Notes: generated from the letters alone by a model not told the origin. 64,000 nt of DNA from Spirochaetia bacterium (GCA_965225855.1 CBDDCK010000005.1:608001-672000), one strand, 5' to 3'; counted from the first letter of the stretch, positions 20,978 to 32,275 are shown. Numbers and translations: made by a program.

Positions 20978-23884
20978 TTGTGTATGAATATTTTTAGTAG
21001 AGCGATAGCATTATTGCTGCTTTTGCTTGGTACTTTGTTTTTTTCTTGCGAAAAGAATGGTGATTTAAAGGAAGATACAATTGTTCCTTTGGCTTCTGGT
21101 TATTTGCGGGGAGTGTTGGAAAATGGTTTGCGTTATAGTATTCGTGCTAATGATCGAATTAAAGATCGAATGGTAATGAAATTAGGTATTAATGCTGGCT
21201 CGCTGCAAGAAGAAGATGACCAACGGGGGCTAGCGCATTTTGTCGAGCATATGGCTTTTAACGGTTCGGTTCATTTTCCAGAAAATTCTTTGATAGATTT
21301 TGCTCAAGAAAATGGTATGAAGTTTGGGGCTCATGTAAATGCCTATACAAGTTTTGGAGAGACGGTTTATGATTTTGTGTTGCCAACGGATAGTGAACAA
21401 TTGCTCGATCAAGGGCTAGATGTTTTGTATGACTGGTTGAATGGCCTGAATATCAAACCGGAAGAAGTGGAGAAGGAGCGCGGTATTGTCTTGAGTGAAT
21501 GGCGAACTTCGCTGGGTTTTAGTGCACGCTTTAGAGATATTTGGATTCCTATACTTTTGGAAGGGTCGCGTTTTGCCCAGCGTTTGCCAATTGGTTTACC
21601 TGATGTGATTGAAAATGCTGCGCCACAGCGTTTACGTGATTTTTATGAAAAATGGTACAACACAGAAAATGCTATACTAATCCTCGTTGGAGACTTTGAC
21701 GCAGAGGCGATGGAACAAAGGCTCAAACAGCGGTTTGGTTCTATTGCGCGCCGTGGCCAAAAAGTTAGCAGTGGCTTAGAGCGTGATTGGGAAAATGTGC
21801 CCATTCGCGATAGAAATGAAAACGGTAAACCACAGCTGCGGGCTGTACAAATGCAAGATTATGAGGCTCCCTATAGAGGGGTTTCCATTGCTATCAAAGG
21901 GCAAAGAAAGCCGGTTGCTGTAACTGTTGGTCAATTTCGTGAACAATGGGCATTTTTTGTATTAGGCGTTACTCTGGTTCAGCGCCTTTCTGATATTGTG
22001 AAAAGCCACAGCGATATTGTTTTAGATACACACAATTATAGGGAAGCGTATGGTAGTGCTAGTACGTATTACTTTAAGGTTGAAGCGCAAAGCGGGCGTT
22101 TAAGGGAAGCTTATCAAATATTGTTACGGGCCATTGCCCAGTTTCAAAAATATGGCATATTGCAAAGTGAAATGAATTTAGCCATTGAGACACTGCGTTC
22201 TAATGTTGAAGAAAACTATAACAGCAGGGAAAAACGCAGTAATGGGAATTTAGCCTCCCCAGAGTTATATCAATTTTTGGGTACTGAATATAATTCTGAC
22301 ATTGTTTGGATTTATAATAATTTCGATGAGATTATTGGAAAACTCAAGCTAGAAGATTTAAATAGCATGATTCTAGAATTCCTTCATAGTGAAACTGGTG
22401 ATGTTTCGCTAATTTCTGTGGGTAAAGATTTGGCGGAATTGCCCAGTGAAGAGGAATTGATCGATGGGTATTTGGCCATGGAGCAACTAGAGGTTCCTCC
22501 GCCAAAAGATGAGAAATTGCCAGCCCAGCTTTTAGAGAATGAACCCAAGGCTGGCAAAATTATTGCAGAAAAACGCTTAGAAAATACAGGTTTCATTCAT
22601 TGGGTTTTGAATAACGGTATTGAGGTTTATTTTAAGCCAACGGAATTTGAGATCAATCAGTTTCAATATAAAGCTTTTAGAGCTGGCGGCACTATGGTTT
22701 TAGCAAACCAGTTTGGCACTGGTTCGGTGGTAAGTAGCTTACTCAATAATGTTGTTTCTGCTTCTGGTTTTGCTGGCCTTAGCCCAGAACAGTATGAACG
22801 CTATATGCTGCCCAAAAAAGTGTATCATAATTGGGCTTTTGGTCTTTATAGTGGCTTCATGTATGGTGGTGGAGATAGGGGGGATATTAAAGAATCATTT
22901 CAACAAATTTATTTATCGTTTACTGCACCACAGTTTTCGCAAAAGCTCATCGATCAGGCATTAAAAACATTGCAAACAGATTATGATGATACACTAAGCG
23001 ACCCGAATTCTCATTTTAGTCGATTGATCCGTGAGCACCGCTATCAAAATGATTTGCGTTTGGTTTTGCCAAAAGATTTGCCAAACAATTATGCAGCCTC
23101 TGATTTGCAGGAGGCTTTTGAACAATTAGTGCCCAGTGCCCAAGGGTTTCAGTTTGTCTTTGTCGGCGATATTGCGGAAGAAGAATTGAAAAAATATGTG
23201 GAGCTGTATCTTGGGGGCTTACCGACACAGGTGCCATTTGGCGCAAAAGATGTGAAAATGAATTTGTATGAGCAAGGTGGGGTGAAAGAATATTTCTTGG
23301 GGCCAGAAAATAAATCCGCTAGCTTGCTGCTTTGGGATCAGTATCTGGAGCCGAAAGAGCTTTCTTGGGAAGAAACTTATCGCTTAGATATTTTGGCGGT
23401 AGTTCTTAGTTTGTTACTTGATATTAGTGTAACGGAGGTTTTGCGTGAAGAGTTGAGTAAAACCTATTCCCCTTATGCTGTTGTGAATTTTGAATCGGTG
23501 CCACACAGACGTATGACCATATTGTTTTACTATGGTTCTGCGCCTGAAGATGTTGCCGAGCTGGATAAAACCGTTGATCAATTGCTTAACCAAATAAAAC
23601 AGGGTGAAATTGCCGATAATGAATTGGAAAAAGTTAAATTGCAATTGACGAAACTTGTTGAAGATGGTTTACAGCAAAACTTATTTTGGCTAGATGCTTT
23701 GTTAGAAACATTAAAAGAAGGCCATCAAAATATTGACGAAATAATGAGTGAGTCTCTCTTTTATCGCGAGCTGGCTAGTATCGGTAAGCAGGACTTAGCC
23801 GGGTTTGCCTCTAAGTATATTTTGCCAGCACGGAAAATCCGCTACGTTATGTTGCCTAAGAATTTGAAAAATATTGCTGAATAA
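20978..23884 (+). CDS. M16 family zinc protease (PqqL-like), lipoprotein
   Basis: GLAHFVEHMAFNGS (HXXEH), NAYTSFGETVY, lipobox LFFSC. Confidence 0.92.
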   Translation: MCMNIFSRAIALLLLLLGTLFFSCEKNGDLKEDTIVPLASGYLRGVLENGLRYSIRANDRIKDRMVMKLGINAGSLQEEDDQRGLAHFVEHMAFNGSVHFPENSLIDFAQENGMKFGAHVNAYTSFGETVYDFVLPTDSEQLLDQGLDVLYDWLNGLNIKPEEVEKERGIVLSEWRTSLGFSARFRDIWIPILLEGSRFAQRLPIGLPDVIENAAPQRLRDFYEKWYNTENAILILVGDFDAEAMEQRLKQRFGSIARRGQKVSSGLERDWENVPIRDRNENGKPQLRAVQMQDYEAPYRGVSIAIKGQRKPVAVTVGQFREQWAFFVLGVTLVQRLSDIVKSHSDIVLDTHNYREAYGSASTYYFKVEAQSGRLREAYQILLRAIAQFQKYGILQSEMNLAIETLRSNVEENYNSREKRSNGNLASPELYQFLGTEYNSDIVWIYNNFDEIIGKLKLEDLNSMILEFLHSETGDVSLISVGKDLAELPSEEELIDGYLAMEQLEVPPPKDEKLPAQLLENEPKAGKIIAEKRLENTGFIHWVLNNGIEVYFKPTEFEINQFQYKAFRAGGTMVLANQFGTGSVVSSLLNNVVSASGFAGLSPEQYERYMLPKKVYHNWAFGLYSGFMYGGGDRGDIKESFQQIYLSFTAPQFSQKLIDQALKTLQTDYDDTLSDPNSHFSRLIREHRYQNDLRLVLPKDLPNNYAASDLQEAFEQLVPSAQGFQFVFVGDIAEEELKKYVELYLGGLPTQVPFGAKDVKMNLYEQGGVKEYFLGPENKSASLLLWDQYLEPKELSWEETYRLDILAVVLSLLLDISVTEVLREELSKTYSPYAVVNFESVPHRRMTILFYYGSAPEDVAELDKTVDQLLNQIKQGEIADNELEKVKLQLTKLVEDGLQQNLFWLDALLETLKEGHQNIDEIMSESLFYRELASIGKQDLAGFASKYILPARKIRYVMLPKNLKNIAE

Positions 23885-23906
23885 AGCTAAATAAGCTATT
23901 AAAATT

Positions 23907-25139
23907 ATGGGGGAAAAAATACGGGTTGCTATTGTCGGTGCCAGTGGTTACGGTGGGGCTGAATTGTTGCGCTTGTTGCTTGCCCATCCCTATTGCCAAA
24001 CGGTTACGCTGTTCTCATCGACCTTGCAAAGTATCTACGAGAAAGGCAATGATTATAGAGAAGCTTGGCAAGAGGGCCTGCATTACCAAGACTATGCTGC
24101 GATGTGTCCTGCGTTTTATGGTTTGGGTTTGAAAATTTATGGTTTGCCTTCCCTTGTGGCAGATGAGAAAAAGGCAAAGCTTAGAGAATGGCAAATTTTT
24201 TACCGCTCTTTTGATGTTGTGTTTTTAGCAACTCCCCATGCTGTATCGGTTCAGATAGTGCAGCAATATTTAGAAAGCTCTAAGCAAGATTTTATCCAAG
24301 AGAACAAGCAAACCCAGCAGGAGCTGGCCAAAATTATTGACCTTTCGGGGGCTTTGCGTTTGAGAGAACCTGAACTTTACAGCCAATGGTATCAAGAACA
24401 AACTTTGGGCTCTGATGAATTGCAACAATGTCAATATGGTTTGACTGAATTATTTGTGCATGAAATTGCAAAGGCGCAAATTGTTGCCAACCCCGGTTGC
24501 TATGCCACGGCAATTATTTTGGCATTGGCTCCTTTGGCTAACAGTGGTTTGCTAAAACGTGTGCGTATTGACGCAAAGTCTGGGGTTTCTGGGGCGGGCA
24601 AAAAAGCAGGGGATTCGGCCCATTTCCCCCAAGTGAATGAATCGCTTTCGCTGTATAAATTACACCAACATCAACACACGCCAGAAATTGAAATGGCTCT
24701 AAGTGATTGTGCTGGCTGTCCTGTGCTGCCTATTACACTGGCTACCCATCTGTTGCCCGTTACGCGCGGCATTATGGCTACCTGTTATATTGAGCTTCCC
24801 GAGCTTTTTGAGGAAAGTTTTGAAGAGGCGCATATTGCAGAAGAAATACAAATGAAGCTACACAATATGTATAAGTCGTTTTATACGGGTTCGTCTTTTG
24901 TGCAAGTACGTCCAGTAGATTCTGTAAAAAACTTGTCGATACCGAAAATTCAAGATGTGAGTTTTTCTAACCGTTGTGATATTGGTTTGGGCTGGAATCC
25001 ACGCAACAAGGAATTGATTGTCGTTTCCGTGATTGACAATTTGCTAAAAGGTGCCGCAGGCCAAGCTGTGCAAAATATGAATGTAATGTTTGGCCTAGAT
25101 GATGTTTGCGGCTTACCTTTGGCTGCAGCCATGCCTTGA
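23907..25139 (+). CDS. argC: N-acetyl-gamma-glutamyl-phosphate reductase
   Basis: GASGYGGAEL, ANPGCYATA, SGVSGAG, HQHTPEI and IDNLLKGAAGQAVQNMN motifs. Confidence 0.95.
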   Translation: MGEKIRVAIVGASGYGGAELLRLLLAHPYCQTVTLFSSTLQSIYEKGNDYREAWQEGLHYQDYAAMCPAFYGLGLKIYGLPSLVADEKKAKLREWQIFYRSFDVVFLATPHAVSVQIVQQYLESSKQDFIQENKQTQQELAKIIDLSGALRLREPELYSQWYQEQTLGSDELQQCQYGLTELFVHEIAKAQIVANPGCYATAIILALAPLANSGLLKRVRIDAKSGVSGAGKKAGDSAHFPQVNESLSLYKLHQHQHTPEIEMALSDCAGCPVLPITLATHLLPVTRGIMATCYIELPELFEESFEEAHIAEEIQMKLHNMYKSFYTGSSFVQVRPVDSVKNLSIPKIQDVSFSNRCDIGLGWNPRNKELIVVSVIDNLLKGAAGQAVQNMNVMFGLDDVCGLPLAAAMP

Positions 25140-25174
25140 TGATTGCAATCAAGTAATGGAAAAATGGAATTGCA

Positions 25175-25201
25175 TAAAGCAAAATTTTATTATGCCGAGA
25201 A
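25175..25201 (+). promoter_or_regulatory. Putative sigma-28 promoter of the flgJ-like gene
   Basis: TAAA-N15-GCCGAGAA, one mismatch to consensus. Confidence 0.7.
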
Positions 25202-25214
25202 TATTTAGAAGGGA

Positions 25215-25772
25215 TTGGTTATGACACGGATTGACGATACGCGCGTGCCCAGAACAGCAGAAATTCAGCGCAAGTACGAGAAATTATTGCGGCAGGTGGC
25301 ACAAAAGCAAGAAGGGCGAGTTGCCCCTTCTTCAAGAATGGAAGCTGCTAATTCTGAAAAAATGAAAATGGCCGAAGCGTGCCGAGATTTTGAGGCTCTG
25401 TTTATCCAGCAGATGCTTACGGAAATGCGGCGTGGCCTGAATGAAGGTTCGGTTCTTGGGGGAAATGGTGGTTCTCTGTCGGCAGACCGCAATCGTGGTA
25501 GTTTTTTTCGCGATAAAATGTATGAAAATATTTCCAAAGATATGGCAAACCAAAGCGGATTTGGCATTGGCGCGGTGTTGTTTGAGCAGCTATACCGCCA
25601 AGAAAATCCCGATATTCTGCCCGGTTCTTCTTTAGCTGAATCTTTTGTTGACACATCTGAAACAACGGGGTCAGCAAATTCGGTTGTCCAATTACTAGAG
25701 CAGCAAAAACAAGCGTACCGACAACAGCGATCTATGTCGCAAGTGCAGCTAGTGGGCCGTTTTTATAAGTGA
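25215..25772 (+). CDS. flgJ: Flagellar rod-binding protein (FlgJ N-terminal domain only)
   Basis: EACRDFEALFIQQMLTEMR...FRDKMY...MANQSGFGIGAVLFEQL; sigma-28 box upstream. Confidence 0.75.
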   Translation: MVMTRIDDTRVPRTAEIQRKYEKLLRQVAQKQEGRVAPSSRMEAANSEKMKMAEACRDFEALFIQQMLTEMRRGLNEGSVLGGNGGSLSADRNRGSFFRDKMYENISKDMANQSGFGIGAVLFEQLYRQENPDILPGSSLAESFVDTSETTGSANSVVQLLEQQKQAYRQQRSMSQVQLVGRFYK

Positions 25773-26793
25773 GCGATCGTTTAGCAGCTTGATTCTTTCT
25801 AACAAATAAGTCTGCAGGGTATTTGCCCATATCCGTCAATGTTTGGATTTTTTGGCGTACAATGGGCAAATCTTCTTGATACGTTAGACCAAACCAAGGG
25901 TCTGGCGAGTGTAGTATTGCGATTATCGCTTGGTTTTGTTCACGCATAGCCTCTACCGTGGCGGGCAGATGGAATTCTTGTTTTAAAGCTTTTTCTTGGT
26001 TTTCTTGTTGCCAGAGCGCAGCTAAACTTTCTAAAAAGTTTGCAAATTGCTGTTGTAGGTGCTGGAAAATATTGGGGTAGAGGCCAAAGAGATTCATGGA
26101 AACAGGGGTATCTTCTGCAAGGAGCAGCGTAGAATCTTCTAAAATTGAATAAATTTTGTAGTCTTTCTTGCGAACCAATTGGGTATGTTCTTGGATATTA
26201 CTCAACCATTCCATGCCATTGGAATCCGTGTAAGTATGGCAAATACCACGGGAAACACTACCATTTTCCGATAGCGTTAGCCCCAGTTGGAAACCAACCA
26301 TCGTTAAAGGCAGTGGCGCAGGCTTGATTTGGTTTGGCTCTGCTATTGCTGCATGATTTAGCAGATACGTAAATATTTTTTGCAGGCTGTTGTAACCGTA
26401 AAAATCATCGGCATTGGCAACGGCAAAAGGACCAGTAATTTGCTTGCTAGCCGATAATAGGGCGTGCCCTGTACCCCACAGTTTTTGCCTTTGTGTTATT
26501 TGTGGCAAATAGTTGTCGGGAACATAAGTGTCATGGCGTTGGATGCTGTAGCGCAGTTCGATTTTATCGCGCCAACGCCTACCTACTTCGCCCTCAAATT
26601 TACTGACAATTTCTTCCCGCAGGATTATCATTACCCAAGAATAGCCAATACGCCAAGCATCGTAAATTGTATAATCCATGATAATGGCGTCTTTTGGCCC
26701 GACAATGCTAAGCTGTTTGTCACCACCAAAGCGAGTACCAAAGCCTGCTGCCAATAGCACTAGCCCGATATTGGAGCTGTTTGTTTCTTGCAT
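25732..26793 (-). CDS. Sugar-phosphate nucleotidyltransferase family protein
   Basis: LLAAGFGTRFGGDKQL, WGTGHA, NADDFYG and WFGLTY motifs. Confidence 0.88.
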   Translation of the reverse strand: MQETNSSNIGLVLLAAGFGTRFGGDKQLSIVGPKDAIIMDYTIYDAWRIGYSWVMIILREEIVSKFEGEVGRRWRDKIELRYSIQRHDTYVPDNYLPQITQRQKLWGTGHALLSASKQITGPFAVANADDFYGYNSLQKIFTYLLNHAAIAEPNQIKPAPLPLTMVGFQLGLTLSENGSVSRGICHTYTDSNGMEWLSNIQEHTQLVRKKDYKIYSILEDSTLLLAEDTPVSMNLFGLYPNIFQHLQQQFANFLESLAALWQQENQEKALKQEFHLPATVEAMREQNQAIIAILHSPDPWFGLTYQEDLPIVRQKIQTLTDMGKYPADLFVRKNQAAKRSLTYKNGPLAALAT

Positions 26794-26854
26794 TTTCTTT
26801 TTCTTTGCGTGTATAAATTTGCGATTTAGATTGCTCCGATTTATCGAACAATCT

Positions 26855-29692
26855 CTATTTTTTGCCAGCCGTGGTGTTCAACGTTTTTGATACAATTTCA
26901 TAAAGCCTAGTAGATATTCCAGTCGTTTGTAAAATTGTTTCCAGAGCTTGGTGCATCGCCGTTTGGCTTTGGCTATCTAGGCTTTTGTAGGCAACAAAGG
27001 ATTTAGCCAAGCCGGCTGCCATCATGCTGTTAAAACTATCCACCTGTAAGATGCGTTGGGCCAAAAATAGATAGGCTGGATAATTGTTATTCTCGCCGGG
27101 TGAATGGAATACTACTAGGTTGCGCCCTAGCACAGCATACAGTGAGCGCAGCATATTGGGGTTATCTTTTTGGAATAAAGGGTGTTTTTCCAGCCGCTCA
27201 ATATTTTGCAAGGTAGATGCGTTGGGCACGCTGGCTTGTAGGGCAAACCAACGGCATAATACCAGAAAGTCATTTTGCCAGCGTTGGCAAAAATTCTCTA
27301 AGGCCTCTTGGCTGTGTTGGCCCGGCCAATAAGCCAGAGCCTGCAGAGCTGCGTAAGAATCCGTCATATTATTAGCAGTTTGGTATTGCTCGTAGGCTAG
27401 GCCATGGTATTTTTCTAGGTGGCATAGGTAATGCAAAATGGTGTTGCGTAGTTCGCGCTTACCAACCGCTTGCTGGTTGCGTTCATATTTTGATTGCGCT
27501 AAGGCTTGGTAGCTGGCAAGCAATTCGGTTTCTAATTGCTGGGCTAATTGGTAAGCACAGGATTCTCGCCGCTGGTGTAACGCTTGGAATTGCGGGGGAG
27601 ACTGTGTTGCAGAGAGAATTTGCAGACTCGGTAGCAGTAGCAATAATGATAGATAGCGGGGCTCTAGCTTTACCGAAATCTCTGCCGAACTTTGCTCTAT
27701 GCTAGTTAGCCAGTTTCGCAATTGCTCTATATATTCTGTTGCTAGCCATGATGGGGCATTGCTTGTTGTGTTGGGTGCTTTCGATACTTTCGATATATTT
27801 GGGGGAGGGCTTAGCAATATATTTTGCAAGTATTTTTGCAGTGCCTCATAGCGGTTAAACGGGTCTTGGTCGCAAGCGATCAACAACAGTAACTCTTGGT
27901 TGCTGTATTGGTAATGGCATTCTACTGGACTGATATGGTCGAGCAACAATGAAGGTATGGGTTTTGCTGGCAATTCTTGCTTGGGTTCTTTGGCCGAGTT
28001 ATTTGAAATTTTGTAGTGCAGTGTCGTCTCTTGTTCAAAAATTAATACACTGTCTTGCAGAAGTTTTTCCCCATTGCTTGGGTGGTATAAAGCTAGGGGT
28101 AAGGGGAAGGCCAAGGGCGGAAATTTTTGACTAGAGGTTGTTGTTGCGGCATTGGGATTTTCTTGGCGCAAATGTAGCAAAAATTCTTTGCCGTCCCATT
28201 CCGAACGAACATACAGCTGCGGTGTTCCCGCTTGTTCATACCAGCATCGCAGCAAGCTTAAATCCTTGCCACCGCCTTTTTGCAGAGCATCGACAAAGTC
28301 ATCACAAGTTACGGCTTGCCCGTCAAATTGTTCAAAATAGCAATCCATGCCTCTGCGGAAAGCTTCTGCTCCGAGGTAAGATGCCATCATGCGGATTACG
28401 GCCGCACCTTTTTCATAGACGGTTTGAGTGTAAAAGTTGTTGATGTCGATAAAAGATTCGGGGCGAATGGGGTGGCGGTTGGGGCCTCTGTCTTCGGGAT
28501 ACTGGTTGTTGCGCAGCATACGCACTTGTTGAATGCGGCAAACTTCTCGGCCAAAATGGTCTTCACTAAACAATTCATCGCGGTAAACGGTAAGTCCTTC
28601 TTTTAAGGTAAGCTGAAACCAGTCGCGGCAAGTAATGCGATTGCCTGTCCAGTTGTGGAAATATTCATGGGCGATAGTAGAGGCAATGTTTTCGTAAGTA
28701 GTATCGGTAGCAGTGGTATCGGTGGCAAATACTAAACTGGAGTTAAAAATATTTAGGCCCTTGTTTTCCATCGCACCAAAATTGAAGGAATCAACGGCCA
28801 CAATCATGAATAAATCCAAATCATACTCGCGGCCAAAATTTTGCTCGTCCCATAGCATGGATTGCTTGAGGCTTTCCATTGCGTGCTGCGCTTGCTGGGT
28901 TTTGCCTTTGTCGGTATAGATTTCCAGCTTTATCTGGCGGCCGCTACAGGTTTGAAAGCTATCGCTAAGCAAGTCTAAATCGCCGGCGACTAGGGCGTAT
29001 AGATAGGCAGGTTTGGCAAAAGGGTCTTGCCAACGAGCATAATGGCGGCCTCCATCACGCATGCTGGATTCTAGCAGGTTGCCGTTGGACAACAAGCGGG
29101 GGTAGGTTTTTTGGTCTGCCTCAATTTCGGTGCTAAAGCGCGCCATTACATCGGGGCGGTCGGGGTAAAAAGTAATGTGGCGAAAGCCAGTAGCTTCATT
29201 TTGGGTACACAGTATTTTGCCAGATTGGTACATGCCTTCGAGGGATTTATTGTTGTATGGGTTTATGCGAACCTGGGCGGCAAATTGAAAACTGGGTTTG
29301 CCCGCGGTTCCCAATAGTTCTAGTTTGTTTTCTTGGTAGCAGTAGCCGGTTTGATTTGTTTGACCTACGCCCGTTTGGCTGGCTTGGAGGCCTACGCCAT
29401 CAAGTTCTATTTGCAATATTTCTAAATCTACACCGTCTAGTATGCAGTTTTGTTGTTCTAGGTTAGTTTGCTGGTATTGGGGGTTGGCGGCAAATTGAAT
29501 TTGGCTCAAGACAATCACATGGTCTGCAAAAATATTGAACGATAGATGGCAATACTCTATGTTAAAAGGGAAGGGTTGGTAGTCTTTACGATATATTGTT
29601 TGGGGCATATTTGAATTTTCCTTAAATTTTGATTTTTTGCTTTGCTTAAAAAAAGATGGTTTTCTAGTATACTGGGGCAGGCAATAGAACAC
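26855..29692 (-). CDS. pepN: Aminopeptidase N (M1 family)
   Basis: GAMENKGLN, HEYFHNWTGNR and YEKGA motifs; real start probably MPQTIYRKDY near 29608. Confidence 0.96.
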   Translation of the reverse strand: MFYCLPQYTRKPSFFKQSKKSKFKENSNMPQTIYRKDYQPFPFNIEYCHLSFNIFADHVIVLSQIQFAANPQYQQTNLEQQNCILDGVDLEILQIELDGVGLQASQTGVGQTNQTGYCYQENKLELLGTAGKPSFQFAAQVRINPYNNKSLEGMYQSGKILCTQNEATGFRHITFYPDRPDVMARFSTEIEADQKTYPRLLSNGNLLESSMRDGGRHYARWQDPFAKPAYLYALVAGDLDLLSDSFQTCSGRQIKLEIYTDKGKTQQAQHAMESLKQSMLWDEQNFGREYDLDLFMIVAVDSFNFGAMENKGLNIFNSSLVFATDTTATDTTYENIASTIAHEYFHNWTGNRITCRDWFQLTLKEGLTVYRDELFSEDHFGREVCRIQQVRMLRNNQYPEDRGPNRHPIRPESFIDINNFYTQTVYEKGAAVIRMMASYLGAEAFRRGMDCYFEQFDGQAVTCDDFVDALQKGGGKDLSLLRCWYEQAGTPQLYVRSEWDGKEFLLHLRQENPNAATTTSSQKFPPLAFPLPLALYHPSNGEKLLQDSVLIFEQETTLHYKISNNSAKEPKQELPAKPIPSLLLDHISPVECHYQYSNQELLLLIACDQDPFNRYEALQKYLQNILLSPPPNISKVSKAPNTTSNAPSWLATEYIEQLRNWLTSIEQSSAEISVKLEPRYLSLLLLLPSLQILSATQSPPQFQALHQRRESCAYQLAQQLETELLASYQALAQSKYERNQQAVGKRELRNTILHYLCHLEKYHGLAYEQYQTANNMTDSYAALQALAYWPGQHSQEALENFCQRWQNDFLVLCRWFALQASVPNASTLQNIERLEKHPLFQKDNPNMLRSLYAVLGRNLVVFHSPGENNNYPAYLFLAQRILQVDSFNSMMAAGLAKSFVAYKSLDSQSQTAMHQALETILQTTGISTRLYEIVSKTLNTTAGKK

Positions 29693-29861
29693 CAGTTTTG
29701 TTTTGTGTTTTTTATGGTTACAGCAAAAATTTTTGTGATAGCTTTTGTTAATTTGGTAAACCCCTTGAACATATTTTATAGAGCTTCGAAAATTGCGGGG
29801 TTTGCCAAATGTGTTTATAACATGATGGGCTAGAAAGCTGAATTTTTAGGAGTAATATTTT

Positions 29862-30905
29862 ATGCTAAATTTTATGGAGAGGGTAAAGGAAAATGCCCGC
29901 AGTTTACAAAAGTGTTTGGTATTAGCTGAAGGCAATGATTTGCGCATTTTGCAAGCTGGGCGCATGTTAGTTGATGAACAATTGGTGAAAGAGTTGGTGA
30001 TTTTAGATTCTAGGACTTTTGGGGATTGTGGGGCCAAAACTTTGGCAGCAAAACATGGCCTTGACTTGAGCGGCATTGAGTTATTAGAGCCAGAGGCAAG
30101 CCCTAATTTGAATGATTATGCGGCTAGTTTTTATGAGCTGCGCAAGCAAAAAGGCATTAGCCAAGATGATGCGCTGGAAGCAATGAAGAATCCGCTAAAT
30201 TTTGCAGCGATGATGCTGCGCCAAGGGCATAGCGATGCCTTGGTTGCGGGTGCGGTCAATTCTACGGCCAATGTGTTGCGTGCGGGCTTTACCATTATTA
30301 AGACTGCGCCTGGGGTTAAGCTGGCTTCATCTTGCTTTGTGATGGATTTTAGCCAGCAACCTGCTTTACTGAATGGCCGTAAATGGGGCAGCGATGGCTT
30401 GATGCTCTTTGCCGATTGTGCCGTCAATCCCGAACCAAATGCCGAGGAACTGGCCGAAATTGCCTTGCAGTCGGCCGTTTCTTGCCGTAAGCTTTTGGGG
30501 GCAGAACCAGTGGTGGCTTTGCTTTCGTTTTCGAGCAAGGGCTCGGCCAAGCATGCGCATGTTGACCGTGTGGTGCAGGCTTTGGAAATTGCCAAGGCCA
30601 AAGCCCCTGATTTGCAAATTGATGGTGAATTGCAATTAGATGCTGCGATTGATGTTGCGGTGGGCCAAAGTAAGGCCCCCGGTTCTTGTGTTGCGGGCAA
30701 GGCCAATGTCTTGGTTTTTCCGGATTTGCAGTCTGGCAATATTGGTTATAAGTTGGTGCAGCGTTTTGCTGGCGCCCAAGCCTACGGCCCTTTTTTGCAG
30801 GGCTTTGCTTTGCCGATTACCGATTTATCGCGCGGCTGTAGTGTGGAAGATATTGTCAATACTTCTGCGGTTACACTTGTACAAACGTTTGCACAAACTC
30901 AATAG
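29862..30905 (+). CDS. pta: Phosphate acetyltransferase
   Basis: FADCAVNP, LLSFSSKGS, DGELQLDAA, FPDLQSGNIGYK and DLSRGC motifs. Confidence 0.96.
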   Translation: MLNFMERVKENARSLQKCLVLAEGNDLRILQAGRMLVDEQLVKELVILDSRTFGDCGAKTLAAKHGLDLSGIELLEPEASPNLNDYAASFYELRKQKGISQDDALEAMKNPLNFAAMMLRQGHSDALVAGAVNSTANVLRAGFTIIKTAPGVKLASSCFVMDFSQQPALLNGRKWGSDGLMLFADCAVNPEPNAEELAEIALQSAVSCRKLLGAEPVVALLSFSSKGSAKHAHVDRVVQALEIAKAKAPDLQIDGELQLDAAIDVAVGQSKAPGSCVAGKANVLVFPDLQSGNIGYKLVQRFAGAQAYGPFLQGFALPITDLSRGCSVEDIVNTSAVTLVQTFAQTQ

Positions 30906-30997
30906 CACAAGTCATAATCTTCAATGCGATATTGACTGTGATTGAAGATTATGTTATTTAAGAAAATATTAAGCGAAACATTAGGAGGCTTAAACTT

Positions 30998-32275
30998 ATG
31001 AAAATGATGCACATGATTGCGGTATTCTCTTTATTGTCTTTTCTTGCTTGCGATAACGGACAAGACGGACAAGACGGGCAAGATGGACAAGATGGCAAAA
31101 ACGCTCAAGGCAACAACCAACCGGCGCCACCATCCCCGACTGTTTGCCCAAAGGCTAAATATAACCCCGCAAATAAGGCGGAACTCGAGAAACTTTTAGA
31201 TTCTGGCAGAGTGCAAGATTACAATACAATAGATACTTCCCAAATTACCGATATGTCTAGCTTATTTTATGGGAAGAGGACTTTTAACAAAGATATTAGT
31301 TGCTGGGACACTTCAAATGTTACCACTATGCAATTTATGTTCAACAGTGCTGCTGCTTTTAATCAGAATTTGGAAACAAGGGACAAGAAATGGAATACCA
31401 GCAATGTTAAAGATATGTCTTTCATGTTCAGCTATGCCACAGCTTTTAATGGCAAAATTGGCAATTGGGACACCAGCGCGGTTACCAATATGAAGTCAAT
31501 GTTTTCGGTTGCTACTGCTTTTAATCAGGATTTAGAAAGAAAGGGCAAGCAATGGGACACCAGCAAGGTTACCGATATGGCTGGCATGTTCAGCTATGCT
31601 TCTTCTTTTAATAGCAAAATTCACACTTGGAAAACCGGCAAGGTTACCGATATGAATAGTATGTTCAGCCATGCTACAGTTTTTAATCAACCCATCAATC
31701 ATAACAATGGTAATTGGGACACTGTTAATGTTCTGACTATGAGAGGTATGTTCGAGGGTGCTACCAAATTTAACCAAAACCTCAACCGTTGGAATACGAG
31801 TAAAGTTGTAGATATGACCTTTATGTTCAAAGACGCAAAAGCCTTTAACGGGCCCATTGGCAATTGGGAAACCCATAAGGTTGGTACCCATAAATTAGGG
31901 GTTAAGAAGGGTATGCAGGGAATGTTTCAGGGTGCAACATCTTTTAACCAACCCATCAATACAAACCCTAGAAATGAGCAAGTAAGTAATGTATGGGACG
32001 TTTCCAATGTTGAGTATATGCATGATATGTTTAGCGGTGCCAGTGCTTTTAACCAGCCTTTGAATAAATGGAATGTTTCCAAAGTAAAGTCTATGGATTA
32101 TATGTTTTACGGTACCTCTAATTTTAGCCAAAACCTTAATAAATGGAAGCTAACGGCAGTTACCACTTGCAAGCAGATGTTCTACAGTAGTAATATGCCC
32201 AAGCGTGTGCAAAATATAGGAAACCCAAGGCCTAAAGCAAATTCTATTGGCTGCAATCCATCGGCCGACTCATAG
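30998..32275 (+). CDS. BspA-like/DUF285 repeat surface lipoprotein
   Basis: Lipobox LSFLAC; (DGQ)4 linker; about 11 repeats of WDTS.VT.M..MF..A..FNQ. Confidence 0.9.
   Translation: MKMMHMIAVFSLLSFLACDNGQDGQDGQDGQDGKNAQGNNQPAPPSPTVCPKAKYNPANKAELEKLLDSGRVQDYNTIDTSQITDMSSLFYGKRTFNKDISCWDTSNVTTMQFMFNSAAAFNQNLETRDKKWNTSNVKDMSFMFSYATAFNGKIGNWDTSAVTNMKSMFSVATAFNQDLERKGKQWDTSKVTDMAGMFSYASSFNSKIHTWKTGKVTDMNSMFSHATVFNQPINHNNGNWDTVNVLTMRGMFEGATKFNQNLNRWNTSKVVDMTFMFKDAKAFNGPIGNWETHKVGTHKLGVKKGMQGMFQGATSFNQPINTNPRNEQVSNVWDVSNVEYMHDMFSGASAFNQPLNKWNVSKVKSMDYMFYGTSNFSQNLNKWKLTAVTTCKQMFYSSNMPKRVQNIGNPRPKANSIGCNPSADS

Noticed and set aside
30131..30739. Long antisense ORFs over pta, and similar ones over aroC, pepN, ppdK and the lipoprotein
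   Set aside because: Shadows of well-supported genes on the opposite strand
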